Of a DNA stretch of 59,329 bases, positions 24,760-37,856 are shown in pieces (position 1 is the stretch's first letter; the number at the start of each line of letters is the position of its first letter). This DNA is from Nemertoderma westbladi. Its lineage: Eukaryota > Animalia > Xenacoelomorpha. A program made the position numbers and the translations under genes. The stretch covers positions 1 through 59,329 of the forward strand of contig JAUCBJ010006589.1 in assembly GCA_032718475.1 (NCBI GenBank), read 5' to 3'. Below the pieces are notes generated by a model, which saw only the letters and a program-made list of their open reading frames with translations, was not told the DNA's origin and did not search any database.

Positions 24760-26058
24760 TTATGGAAAACGTTCTCCATACATACGTCTTCCCTGGAATC
24801 TGTGGAATGACATATGTATAATCAGTGCTGCAAGTAAAGGCACCCCTGGGATAGATATGAGAAACGTCGCAAACTGAAAACCAAAATAGTCTATGAGGAT
24901 CCCTCCTGATATAGCCCCGCTGATGTTTCCGACAGCCAATGAAATGCGTAGAATTTGCTGGAGTAAAGTTCTGACGTCTACATTGTCTGGAAAGGTTAGG
25001 AGAGTTATTCGTGTTTGGGTTTCTATACCACAACATACGGACCACCCCCCAACTATGGCAAGTAGAGTAAATCCAAATAAGGATAAGCTGAGACTAGGTG
25101 GAAAACCTAGCGTTTGGGTTGGGCCAATTAATACCATTGCAATCGGTATTACTCCAAAAGCTATTATGGTCGGATATATAGAGTTAATTGAAGGCAGATT
25201 CTGCATAACAATGCTTGTAATAGAAATAGTTATCATACAAATTACACAATATCCAAGCAAAATAAATCCGATTGCAATTTGGCTCAAACCATAAAAATTT
25301 GTCAAATATGTGGAAATACCGACACATAGCAACAGGTAGGTAGCTTCCATCCATGTCGTCAAAATAGCTATTAGAAAAACTCCACAATTATTTAACAACA
25401 TAAACAAAGTGGGGCGGTGTTCGTTCACAGAAGGAATATCGTGGATGTGTGCAGGCGATTCAATAAGACAATATATTGTGATCACGAGAATAATTACCCC
25501 TGGTATAACGAATGCTGCCCTAAAGCCAAATTCTGTGAATAAAACCGACCCCAAAGCTGGTGAAATTGCAAGTCCCAATGTCAACATTGCTTCCGAAATT
25601 CCATTCACTATAGTTCTGTGTCGAGGGAATAAGTCAGTCAGGAGACTAAAAGCATAAATAAAACTTATATTGCCACCGAGAGATTCTAAAATTCGCAGAA
25701 TAAAACAGGCGAATATATAACCGCGATTACTTGGGATATCTTCAACAAAACCAAAAAATATCATGGTAACCGCCCCCAATACTCCAAACACACCAAATGC
25801 TATGCGACTGCCAAGCTTGTTTATATAGTTACCACAAGTGATGAACAGGACTAATCTTACTATGGAGTACATTGATAATAAACCACCGACCATTGTCTTT
25901 GACCAATTACGTTTTTCTACAACAATAGGAAAGAAGGCATCCAATATTCCGAAACATATGCCCGGGATTACCAGTGAAATGCTAACGAACACTCCCAGTA
26001 CCAGTGTTCGGCAATTATATCCAGTTCTGCCAGAATTTGAATCACTGCTATGCGTCAT
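24760..26058 (-). CDS. MFS transporter, SLC18B1-like
   Basis: 432 aa with about 12 TM segments and motifs AFFP, GNYINKLGSR, FILRILESLG, LFP...GISEAMLTLGLAISPALGSVLFTEFGFRAAF, LIDYFGF. Confidence 0.8.
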   Translation of the reverse strand: MTHSSDSNSGRTGYNCRTLVLGVFVSISLVIPGICFGILDAFFPIVVEKRNWSKTMVGGLLSMYSIVRLVLFITCGNYINKLGSRIAFGVFGVLGAVTMIFFGFVEDIPSNRGYIFACFILRILESLGGNISFIYAFSLLTDLFPRHRTIVNGISEAMLTLGLAISPALGSVLFTEFGFRAAFVIPGVIILVITIYCLIESPAHIHDIPSVNEHRPTLFMLLNNCGVFLIAILTTWMEATYLLLCVGISTYLTNFYGLSQIAIGFILLGYCVICMITISITSIVMQNLPSINSIYPTIIAFGVIPIAMVLIGPTQTLGFPPSLSLSLFGFTLLAIVGGWSVCCGIETQTRITLLTFPDNVDVRTLLQQILRISLAVGNISGAISGGILIDYFGFQFATFLISIPGVPLLAALIIHMSFHRFQGRRMYGERFP

Positions 26059-26257
26059 TATTTGTAATTAGGGCTCATATAAACAATCAACAGATACGCA
26101 AGTAAATACGAAATTCAATTCAAGCAGTTAAATGCAAATTAAATGTAATAATTAATAAACAAATCTATATCTATTGGGGATTTGAGGTTTTACTGTAGTT
26201 TGCGATTCTGTGTTTGTGAAATGGTTTTCAATATGATTATAATAATGATCCATAATC

Positions 26258-26934
26258 GGTACATGCTAAAAAGTGGAATGAGCTAGAATTACCTAGAATG
26301 ATCTAGAATGACCTAGAATGAGCTAGAATGACCTAAGAATGACCTAGAATGAGCTATGAGGAGATTATAGAATGCAAGAATGACCTAGAATGACCTAAGA
26401 ATCACCTAGAATGAGCTATGAGGATATGATAGAATGCAATACCGACCTATACCGAGCTGTAACAAGATAAGAATCGAGTCGTTTGAGTCAGGGATATGAA
26501 TCGTTTTTTCGAGAGCCAGCAATATGTCGTAGCAGGTAGTGGATAAGTTCTTTACTTACAGCGCTTCGGTTTTGGAAACTACATACCGGAAGCCTATTAG
26601 TGCCGGACATAAACAAGGTGGTAAGCAGCATTCTTCTAAGCGAGCATACAGTACTACAAATAATAGTATTACTAATAATACTGTAATAGCTCATTCTAGG
26701 TGATTCTTATCTTGTTATAGCTCGGTATAGGTCGGTATTGCATTCTATCATCTCAACAGAGTTCGTTCTAGGTGATTCTTATGTCATTCTAGATAATTCC
26801 AGATCATCTTCTCATAGCTCATTCTTAGGTCATTCTAGCTCATTCTTAGGTCATTCTAGCTCATTCTAGGTCATTCTAGATCATTCTAGGTCATTCTAGA
26901 TCATTCTAGCTCATTCTACTTTTTAGCATGTACC
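26258..26934. mobile_element. Foldback MITE with long TIRs of 10-bp repeats and 9-bp TSD (Merlin- or Mutator-like)
   Basis: Ends ggtacatgctaaaaagt / actttttagcatgtacc, arms of (tagaatgacc)n, TSD tccataatc at 26249-26257 and 26935-26943. Confidence 0.9.
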
Positions 26935-28087
26935 TCCATAATCAAAGGTACAAAATAGGAGTAGACTGCGCGCATGTTCTGCGTGCTGACAGGTACAGAG
27001 ATCAGCCAATGGTAGGCCACGTAGCTACCAACAGATGACAGAGACAGAGATGGTGGATACACTGCCAACAGACTGCACTGCCGAAAGGTAGAGTAGTGGT
27101 CTACTGTAAGCTTTTCTGTTCTGAAGAGATAAAATGACACGTTTTTTATTTTATGTATTTTAACGATATTTATATATTATATATTTATATTAACGACACA
27201 CTACAGTAGAGGTCATGTGGATGAGGATTAAATGTAGGGTATACAGTAGGCTAAATACATTAGTTTTAGCGCAATGGATTGGATATTACAGTGAAAATGA
27301 TAATCACATTTTTAAAATTATAAATGTGAAGACCCAATAATAAAGTACTGAAAACAGAAGAGAGAACTTGTAAGTGATATGGCCATTTAAATACAGTACT
27401 TTATGAATTGGGTACACATGCTGACACAAGTTGTAAATGATTACGTCATCTTATTATAGTACATTTTTGTTTCACGTACATGGTGCTGACTTCGAATTCC
27501 TTTTTTATTAATACTATTTATTATCTTACCATATGGTTGGAAACTCAACATATCAATGTGCTTGTCGATTTCATGTTGAATGACGTATATTACAGTACAA
27601 TCGTCACAATTGCAAAATAGATCCGAAATAGGATAACCATCAATAATTAGGCCTACTGTATTGGTGATGTTGATAATTGGTAGTTTATTCGCCGCAGTTC
27701 GCAGTAAGAGATCTACCGTGCGGTGGCCCACACTCTCAACACAAATAATATACCCACGGCAGAAATTATTATTAACTCACAGTAGAATTAGCAATTAATT
27801 TTCTCAAATTAATTTTCATTAATTTTCACGAAAAATAATACAATCCAAAATAATTGTAACCGAAAATAGTCCATAAAATACATTATTTTAGGCGTTTCGT
27901 ATGCTAAAATACTCTGAAAAAATATACTCAAACTGAATGTAGAATAAAATAAAATATTTATTTATTTGTACTTCCCTCCTGTTTCACTCTAGCATACTTG
28001 AGGCCGTTAGGTCCGCTGTTAGAGATAGGATATATGCTAGTTAAGACTGCCCGTTCAATAGATAAGTGGATTAGGTGGGAGTTTGAG

Positions 28088-28178
28088 TGTCAGGGGCTAG
28101 TGGCTGAGCTGGTTAGCGCTACTGATGAGGCCTGTTAGGCCGAAACGTACAATAGTGCTGGTTCAACCCCTGGTGACG
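28088..28178 (+). ncRNA. Type I hammerhead-like ribozyme within a tRNA/SINE-like head, probably degenerate
   Basis: Stem I agcgcta/tagtgct, CUGAUGA 28122-28128, stem II ggcct-gtt-aggcc, GAAAC 28142-28146, A-box-like tggctgagctgg and B-box-like ggttcaaccc. No NUH triplet before stem I'. Confidence 0.6.
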
Positions 28179-28229
28179 CGATTTCTCATTTTCTCCACTT
28201 CTGAACAAAACCATTTACATTACATTGTT

Positions 28230-30050
28230 GTGGAAAATAGTCGTAACAAACTTGGTGCAGCTTCATGCTATTGGAACTTGGCAATAGAACAAAGACTTTT
28301 GGTCTAATATTAAAAAACAAACCAATTACAAATCTACAGCCGCGCCTACAGTAAGTGGTGCATGTAATGATGACGATATTGCAAATCTTTTTAAGGGCAA
28401 ATATAACAAAATTTTCAACTCTGTTTCGGCGAATAGCGAAGACATTAATTATGATAATAATTGCTTTAGTTCGTGGGATGGCACGTCCAAACTACATATT
28501 TCAGTAAATGAAGTTAAAACTGCAATAGCAGGACTTAAACCAGGCAAGGCCCCAGGGCCTGATAATATTTATCCAGAAAGTTATATCTATGGTAATAATC
28601 GTTTAGCTGTAATTCTCACATTGTTGTTTGATAGTTTTGTGTCACATGGATACTTACCCGATTCATTTATATCCTCTTGTATTTCGCCTATTGTAAAGGA
28701 CAAAAATAGTAGCATTAGTGATGACTCTAACTATAGGCCCATCACTAAGGCTACCATTTGTTCCAAAATTTTTGAGTCTTGTATAATTTCGTGTATTATT
28801 AATTGTGCTAAAATAGCGGACAATCAGTTCGGGTTTCAGAAACATTTAGGAACAGACTTGTGTATATTTACTTTAAAAGAAACTATCCAGCTTTATATTA
28901 GTCGGGACTCTCCAGTATACTGTGCATTCTTAGACGCCTCGAAAGCGTTTGATAGAGTAAATCATTTTAAACTATTTCGTAAAATGCTCGATGTAAACAT
29001 ACCAATTTGTATTGTTCGTATTACTGCCTATTGGTACAGTATGCAGTCCGTCACTGTGTGCTGGGGTGCAGCGGTCTCATCATATTTTTCTGTGTCAAAT
29101 GGTGTTAGACAGGGTAGCTTATTATCGCCCATGCTGTTCAATATTTATGTTAATGACCTCAGCCTGGAGCTTAACAAAATTAATGTGGGCTGTAGGCTGG
29201 GAAGTATCCTTTTAAATCATTTATTTTATGCAGACGATATATGTTTACTTTCCCCTAGTATTTTTGGTTTGAGAGCTCTCTTAAAAATCTGTGAACTGTA
29301 TGGCATTAAATTTGATATTTCTTACAACCCAACTAAGTCTAAATGTTTATATTTTCTACCTAGGAAATTTGGACGTGCAGGTGATGTATATCTCAATGGT
29401 AAAATATTATCTTGTGTCAAGGAGGTGAAATATCTTGGCCATCTCATTAGTTGTGATTTTTCAGATGAATCGGACATTATGCTAATGAGACGTAATCTGT
29501 ACTGTCGTGGCAACCAGCTGGCAAGAAATTTTTCAGTTTGTTCACATCCGGTAAAGCGTCAGTTATTTCAGAGTTTTTGCTACAGTATATACTGCTGTGC
29601 TTTATGGTCTGTATTTACAGTAGAATGCCTGCGGAAATTAAAGGTTGCTTACAATTGCGGTTTCCGTTTATTATTCAATTATTCCCGTACTGAGGATGCC
29701 GATACTATTTTCGTGGCAAATAGAGTTAACAATTTTAAAGCTATTTTACGTTCAAACATTTACTCGCTATATCGCCGTGTACATAATTCTACTAATTCTA
29801 TAATTGAAGCATGTTACTCAACTTGTAAAAATTATTCTATATTAATTGACCGATGGGTGTTACTGTTAGGTAATTCAATCGCGTCCGCTTGAGGATTAAT
29901 ATTTATTTACCACGTTGTGTTTGTGATTACATAAATATAAGATGTAAAGTAATCAATAATTGTGCTATTATGTAGGTAGTCATATATATATATATATATA
30001 TGGGCCATGGCCCGGTTTAATAAATGAAATAAATAAATAAATAAATAAAT
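28230..30050 (+). mobile_element. 5'-truncated LINE (RTE-X-like) with open RT frame (ORF 28621-29892, extending upstream)
   Basis: GKAPGPDNI, NYRPIT, NQFGFQ, FLDASKAFDRV, GVRQGSLLSP, YADD, KYLG, and an (AAAT)n tail ending near 30050. Confidence 0.9.
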
Positions 30051-31518
30051 ACTGCAAAACACCAGGTTACCGTCTGTGTCCAAACGGGGGTGAGACCGAT
30101 TGGACGCAGATAGTTAGCTGCTTCTTTATCCTACGACTTAGAGGAATGACGGAGGTCGCCCCAATAAGTCTATCTCGAGAATTATATCAAATCTGAACCC
30201 AATCTGAATCGAAAATTAGAAAGAGGGGTGAAAATTTTTCATTTTTGCATTATTAACAATTTTGAAATTTGAAGAAATTTAACATATCTTTTTTCATTTT
30301 TAAATTTGCGGGCAGCAGCAGCACTACAGTACTGCTGTGTAATCGTTAATGTTAATGTCTAGACATGTAGCCCTCTAGCGAGAGACTGTCGATTTGATGG
30401 TGTCTGAAAGTCCCTAAAAAAACTAAACTTATGGTCTTATTGATGCCTACTGATTTTGACTCGACAGCTTTAAATCCGACGAAGTTATAAGTAAGTCAAA
30501 ATCGTAGCGACGACGATGACATTGAATGAACTACAGTATTCGCACCAATTATCTTCGCCCTAGATTTTTAGGGCACATGGACCTACAGGCTACAGAACAG
30601 GACAGACCTACAGACCTAGGGCGAATCAACTTTGTCAGTTGACCGATTCCCCACACCTTCTAATAAGTAGTCTACAGTCCCTATCTCATTATGAATATCA
30701 TTTCTCAAACTGGGTATCATTTCTCAAACCTTTTACTAATGATAGTCAACGGAGAATTTCAGTAGGTAAGACTGGGGTAAGAGTTGAGAAATCAGAAAGA
30801 TGCAGCCAGCTCAATCTAACTCAAACTAGAGTATGGCGCCATGGTTTGAATTAGGTTGACCTCCAACTGTGCCATACTCAGTATCACTCTTCCTGTACGG
30901 GATGGATAATTACTCTGGTTGAGTGAGGCACCATATGGGGAAGGAGCCTTTGTCTGCTGCTTGAGCTCTTGAGTCAATCACGCAGTTCCTTTGTGGGTTT
31001 TTCTAAATGTATGTTGTTAACTAAACCACACTGGCTCGGTCTGTTTGTAGAGAAAGTTTTAATTCGGGAATATTGTTGGGGGAAATTGGTGCTTTGTTGT
31101 CTGTTTGATGTCAATTGGTGCCTTACAAGACATATCAGTTTCAAAATATAATGGTTAAGTAAGAATTATTAGTACATATGGGACCTCACACCACCCCCCC
31201 CCCCCCCCCCCCCCCCCCCTCATAAATATGGCCCTGTCTATAATTACAGAGGTTTCCTCTGGCCGCTTTGCCCGGGATACCCACACCCTGATGTATTGCG
31301 AATAATTGTGGGTATGTACTGTATGTGTACATATTCTGCACAGTTCCCGTAGCATACGGTATGCTACGGGAAATCCCTAAGGAATACCCATACAATGTGC
31401 ACTTATTAATATACAGTAGTGTTAGGTAGCTACCGGCTAATCCGACCACCACCTGCAAAACCAGTCTGCCAGTTCTCAACTGTCAGACAGTTCAGCAGTT
31501 GCATGGTGTGGAGAAAAT

Positions 31519-32830
31519 AATTACCGTCCTATTTCAATCTTACCTCTCTTTACAAAAATATACGCACGTGTCATTAATACTCAACTTTTGGCTTATCTAA
31601 ATAAATACGATTTACTCTCACCTTCCCAACACGGCTTTCGCAAAAATATCACCACTACAGATGCAATACTAACAGTTTACAGAAAAAATACAGGAAACCC
31701 TTGATAACCAGAGCTCCGCATGTCTGGTTTCAGTAGACCTCAAGAAAGCATTCGATACTATAGACCACTCCATACTACTAAAAAAATTAGAATGTTACGG
31801 TATACGCGGCCCCCCTCTCTCATTACTCATCAGTTACCTTGACAACCGATCCCAAGTCGTATACATAAACGGCATAACATCTGATTCCATCCCTACACCT
31901 TGTGGAACTCCTCAAGGTGAAATTTTAAGTCCATAACCTTATTCTTGATTTTTATAAATGATTTACCATACTGTACTAAATTACTGGCCACTCTTTTTGC
32001 GGTTGACACCACTTTAATCCACTGTGACAAAAATATTAATTCACTTATTTCAACTGTCAATACAGAATTAGAAAAACTTGACGACTGGCTTACGGACAAT
32101 AAACTCACTTTGAACTTAAAAAAAACTGAATATATTATTTTTGACAACCGCAACGGCAACCAAACTACAATTCCTACAGTTAATCTACGATCGAATCCTA
32201 TAACTAAAACTACATCTACAAAATTTCTAGGAGTCTACATAGATCATAATGTAAATTGGAAGATTCACTGCCACTACATTTTATCAAAATTATCGAAATT
32301 GACTGGCATATTTTTTAAATTACGTCACATTCTCCCACTTTCAATTCTAAGAACTTTATATTTTGCACTTGTCCACCCACATACAGTAGGCCTACTATAC
32401 GGACTAATTCTATGGGGAAACAGCTACAATTCCTATACTAATCAAATAAAAACAGCAATTAATAAACTTATTAGAGCAATTACCTTTAGTCACTTTCAAT
32501 CTCATGCGGCTCCCATTTTTAAATCTTTGAAAATTTTACCACTTGAAAAACAATTTGAACTGGAAGTCGCGAAATACATTGTTCAAAAACTGACAACCTT
32601 ACAAAATTATTTAAATCAATATCAAATGTTCATAAGTATTCTACTCGTTCAGCATCCACTAAAGGTTTTTTTATTCCGCGTGTTCGACTCCAAATATCCC
32701 AACAGTCTTTAAAATTTACAGGCCCAAAAAGATGGAATGAATTACCTGTCGAAATTAAAAATGCAAAGACCAAAAAGTCACTTGTTATTTATTCTCCTAA
32801 AAAATAAATATCTTGAATCTCTAATATAAC
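31519..32830 (+). pseudogene. Degenerate CR1/L2-group LINE reverse transcriptase fragment
   Basis: NYRPISILP, DLKKAFDTIDH, CGTPQG, FAVDT (decayed FADD), NKLTLNLKKT, KFLGV, with frameshifts. Confidence 0.85.
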
Positions 32831-34447
32831 TGTTCCCCATCCACTCCGGCTACACCGAATTATTTTATTATCATACATTTCTCGTATTTTCGTAACTTTA
32901 TACTAACTTTAACTACATCGTACGATTTTTTTATCTGGCTTCAATTCTGACTCGTACTCCTGTAGGTAAGTCAATCAGGTTCACCCGCTAGACATTAGCT
33001 AATTTCAATATCATTCAAAAATTAAATTAAGTTCAATTAAATTAAAAATTTTTAACAAATTTGATGCTATCGAGTCCCCACCCAGCTATAAAGCGAGCAA
33101 GGTTTGTTCGCATGTTATTGCCGCTGGTCTGCACACAAATTCCTTGGCTGAGAGGCGAAAGCCATTAATGTTACTATAAAGAGAAGAGTTTCCAAAAATA
33201 TTTCGAATATTGCTTCAGTGGTCTGTGGCTCTGGTAAGAAGCCATCTGCGCATAGACGTGGAGATAGAACGCCGCTAGTGCAGTCCGGAGGTTACGGTAG
33301 TTCGTATACCTCAGTCCCTGAGCTAATTCCTCGTACATCCAGCTCTGCACGTAAGTGTCACAGCTGCTCATACAACTTTAAGCAATCGGACGCAACCATT
33401 GTGAAGTGTTGGGCGATGTTGTCGTTTTCAGTTGGCGGACAGATACTGTACAAACCAAACCGGGGTTCCAATATCTCCACTTTAATGAACTCTGTTGCAA
33501 GGACCTCAACGAAATTAAAATATCCTCAGCAGCTAAGGAACTTCTAACACCTGATGACTTTAAATAAATGGAAAAACACGGGATTGGAATTATCCGCAAC
33601 TGAACAATCGCTGCTTCTGTTTTTCCATCGAGCGGACTATGGACTGGTTGCTAGGCTCCTACTGTAGAAAAAGTGTTATTTTCGTTATTTTGTTATTTGT
33701 TAAATTCCTTGTTGAATTGTTAAGCATTATATGTGCTTATTTCGTTATTGTGCTTATACTATACAGCCGCATATACTAACTTTGTTTTATATTATTTATC
33801 TTATATTTTTCTACCCAGAAAACCCCGTCTTTCAAGTTGGTTTTGTATGACTCACCCTTGCATGATTGATTGCGCTATAATGAATAAGATGTTAGTTTAC
33901 AAATTGCTGTTTACAATTCTTTAAAATTTAAAATCAACCATTTGCTATGGAAACGCGATTTAAAATCCTGCCTTCCTGAACTTTTCGTTTACTTCACGCA
34001 TTCCACATTTCAACAAATTTGACCTAGCCGGATGCTGAGATAGTGACGTTAAAACATTGAGGCAGATAGACGGACGGATAGATGGACATTGCCGATCTGG
34101 TCCATACTAAACTGTGGGCACGGCCCACCCCCCCCCCCCCCCCCCCCCCCACATGACAGTCGGCCCTCGTGGCTCTCCCCACATCCTCTTCTAATTACTG
34201 AGCTCATTATGTAATATTTAAAGTTAGAATAAACTTAAAAATCGCAAGTTAAAAGACACAAATTTCAATAAAACCGTATGTACGTTATCTTATTATTTAT
34301 GCAATGCCAAAAAACCGCAAGTCTTGTTGACTTATTATATTAAGGCACTTACGGTCTTTTACCTTTGTAGCACTTATGCGACTTATGGTCTTTTCACATT
34401 GCACGACAGAATTCACAGTTTTATTTAAATTAAAAAAAAAACTTAAT

Positions 34448-34517
34448 CCGAGGTTGGTATTGAACCCAGATCATGGGTCATAAGCTACGCAATGATTAAC
34501 CACTACACCGCAGAGCC
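34448..34517 (-). pseudogene. tRNA-like sequence (pseudo-tRNA or SINE head)
   Basis: Minus strand ggctctgcggtgtagtggttaatc...gggttcaataccaacctcgg with A and B boxes. The acceptor stem pairs poorly. Confidence 0.45.
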
Positions 34518-35057
34518 ATCATAACTCAAAATAATGGAATTGCCGTAGCATACCGTATGCTATCGAAATTGGTCAAAATAGGTACAACATACCAATTTCG
34601 ACAACTTCCCGTAGCATACGGTATGCTACGGGAACTGTTGAGTATACGTACAAATACGTACACATACGCGTTAAGCACAAACCCAATAATTGTGTTGGCG
34701 ATGTAATAGAGAATTAAACATCAAAAACATTAGCAAAATATACAACATTGCGAACATAAACGACATTAAAATAAAGTTATAAAATTGGTTGGTTATATTA
34801 TACAGTTATATTTTAAAGAAAAATAACGTTAACATGTCATGCATACTTAATAAATGTAATAAAAAATTAATAAACCTTCAGTTTAATAATTTAGCTTATA
34901 ATTTTTTTTATTCTGAAATTTAAAAATTAATTGAGTCACTGAGTCTGCAAGTTAATTCTCGCTGTCTACTGGAGTTAATTACACACAAAGAAATCAAGTT
35001 AAGGGAATGTTATAACAGCAGGAGACCATCAATAATTACCTGTAGGTAGAGTATAAC

Positions 35058-36305
35058 TGTTCGCGCTTTCAGACCTTTGGCAGTTTAACCCACCAAATTA
35101 AGATGTCTTCTAGATATTAAATCTGTTTTTAGTCTATGACAAGTATTTGATTCACTACACTAGTCGAAACCAATCCGTGCGCGACCATTCACCCGCTGGA
35201 TATTCCCGGGAGATTGGGTTCGACGGTTTAATTTTATTGCTATGTAAGCCTAATGTATTATTCGACTGACAGTACTATATAATCTCTGACAATATTATTC
35301 ACCTTCGGTAATATTAACAGTTCCTTTAGGACGTGGCGCTTTATCTATATAAACAGAGTTATGACTTAAACTACTCACAACGATATGGCTTAATTATAAT
35401 TCACATATATGGCGCATTCTTTAGGAATTGCTTCTTTAACAGACTCACTCATACACAATGCTGCACAATACTGCACACTAATCTGCCAATCTTCACTGAT
35501 TTTAGTCACATATAAAAGGAACACAGGCTGACTCATGTAGGGTCTATCAAATAACATTAGATTCACTTCAAACCACTTTAACATAAGTCACAATCGTTAT
35601 TGGTAACCTTTCTCTCTTACCTTCGGTATATCAAGAATATTGGGTTTCGGGGTTATTTATCGTTATTCCAAATATAATAATGCATCAACCATATTATGAA
35701 GAACTGACAGTAAATAGCAGTATAAAACAACAACTGAACACTGATTGTTACGAGTTTGCAATGTTTCAGCAGTCAGGATGTATGATCAGTTAGCAGTCCG
35801 CAGTAGTCGTTGGGGCCGCAGGTCAGTTAAAGGATATATGCCCTTTATAATTAAACCTACTAGTGTAAGACTAAAAAACAGTAAAGCACAAAATACTTCC
35901 AAGCCGTTCTTTCTTAGGCTCAGGACTGAATGTAAACACTGCACATAGGCATTGCGTCATTTCTCGGAAATTTTCTGTACAAGGAGCCACAAAAACGCTC
36001 TAATTGGCTGACTGAACTGAGAGACGCCGTAGAACAAAGGAAATCAACACGTATGAATGTCAGCTGTTAACCGTAGTCATAGTAACTACTGTTCAAGAGT
36101 AGCTATCACCCCTTTGCGTCACGAATTGCCATAGAATCATAAAATATGCCTTTCACAGTACACATACGGAGGAAATAGGTCTTAGATCCTCTAAAAACAC
36201 CGATACAGCAATAATACGGTCTCTTACACTTATTAAATCAACTACAGAGTATTTTAATGTAAAAGATAATAAAAATAACGGGGCAATTCAGCAAAGGCTT
36301 TTACA
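35058..36305 (-). repeat. 3' LTR (1248 bp)
   Basis: Highly similar to 49746-50988. Confidence 0.95.
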
Positions 36306-37163
36306 CCGCTCCCAGAAAATGGGATTTTCAGTCTATAAAATATAAAAATCACAGTTTCTAAAACATAAAGATACTCTAAACAGTTAGTCTTTCTTACGCA
36401 GACGGCGTTTACGCAGTTTTTTGAGGCTAGCAAGAGTCTTTTTCTCTTTGGGGGGAGCCACTTTACTAGGAGGGCCATAACTCCTGGGTGAAGGGTGCAA
36501 TATGATTGCATCAGAAGGTGTAGGATTGTGGTCGAGGTATCTGCCGTTTCGATATGCTTCTCCTCGAGCTGATTTTCCTCCGCTCGTAGCTGGATACGTT
36601 CATCCAAAAACTCTCGCAGAGAATAGGATCGTCCAAGTTCGATAACTTCTTAGAGATTCTGGATTTCCCAATCGAATTGAGATAAGGCCAATTCGTTTAT
36701 CGATTGGACTCACTGTTATAACTTACGTTTATCTGAACAAACGCAGGTTTCCCTTTTGATCTTTATAAAATAGCGTTTAACTCGTTTCGTACAACGCTCT
36801 CCTTCACCTTGATGAGGGGTTGTATCGCGTTAAACGTGGACGACCATACGGTTGGATAGTGATATTAGGTGTCCGCGTCACAATCCGGCTAGGTAAGATG
36901 GGCGGCTAGCTAGAAATCACTGTCGGAGTGTTACCGATTAATTGTTAGGGTAGCACTAGATCTTTGAACAGTGAATACAGTCCGCGAGGATCCGCGACAC
37001 CACCAAGATCGCAGGTCTGAGGTCCAACTAAGGAATGAGGAGGTTTGACCGAGTATTCCGGGATTCTGATCGTAGGTTTACTCCAGGATCGTTCGAGCCG
37101 AGTGAGCATAGGTGATACTTCAACAAGTTTCGGTTTACGTGGATGTTTATGTTTTTCCGTTTA

Positions 37164-37856
37164 TTAGTTGGGTCTAGGGCATTTATCGTAATAATACCAA
37201 AGACGTACGTCTGGTAGGGTAAACGCGGGTGATCGCTCTCCAGTTTTACAATATTCCTCCATCTGTTCAAAGCTATCTGGAACGACAGGTAGCGGTCGAT
37301 CGGCGGTAAGATACATCATCGTAAAATAGAGCCGTTTGAGTTCCATTATAGGATCTGGATGCATACATTGGGGATATCGAGTTTCGAGGTTTTGTTGACT
37401 AGCAACATTGAGATAGGTCTCTCGTAAGAATTCTAGATAATCGTTGAAACCGTTACGTTTATCAGGTTCTTCAACGTCTTCTCTTTCGAGTTTGTTTCGA
37501 ATAGAGTTCTCGTGTTCTATTCTCGATTTATCGTTTCGACTCCGCTGGGCATGATATTTAAACAAAACCATTTCCCTTTCGGTGTCTACATCGTCGGTGT
37601 CGTGTAAATCAATAGGATGACCAGTGGTCAAAAAGTCCATATACGTACCATTACGATGCGTGTAGCGAGCAGTGAACTTTCTATAATCCAATTCACGCGT
37701 AAGTTGCTCCTGGGACATTGGCGGTTCGATATAACGACCATCGTCCTCCGTAGGAGTTGGATCAGCGTCGCCGCGTATTAAGCTATCGACAAACGCTTGC
37801 AAAGGTAGAGTATATCTCTCCCTGATACCAAGATCATCTTCTATTAATTCAGTCAT
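37164..37856 (-). CDS. Accessory ORF of unknown function downstream of pol (230 aa)
   Basis: ATG-started open frame in the element's sense orientation, charged and soluble, with no signal peptide or TM segment seen. Confidence 0.55.
   Translation of the reverse strand: MTELIEDDLGIRERYTLPLQAFVDSLIRGDADPTPTEDDGRYIEPPMSQEQLTRELDYRKFTARYTHRNGTYMDFLTTGHPIDLHDTDDVDTEREMVLFKYHAQRSRNDKSRIEHENSIRNKLEREDVEEPDKRNGFNDYLEFLRETYLNVASQQNLETRYPQCMHPDPIMELKRLYFTMMYLTADRPLPVVPDSFEQMEEYCKTGERSPAFTLPDVRLWYYYDKCPRPN

Larger units (their letters stand above)
31290..34700. mobile_element. Possible inverted-repeat element bounded by 29-bp palindromes, with nested insertions
   Basis: ttcccgtagcatac-g-gtatgctacgggaa at 31344-31372 and 34606-34634 with inverted flanks. 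A third degenerate copy lies near 34543. Ends are approximate. Confidence 0.45.

Noticed and set aside
34603-34634. loxP-like site
   Set aside because: Only superficial similarity. It has a 1-nt centre rather than an 8-bp asymmetric spacer, and no link to the Crypton ends.
37164-37856. env gene
   Set aside because: No signal peptide or transmembrane anchor.
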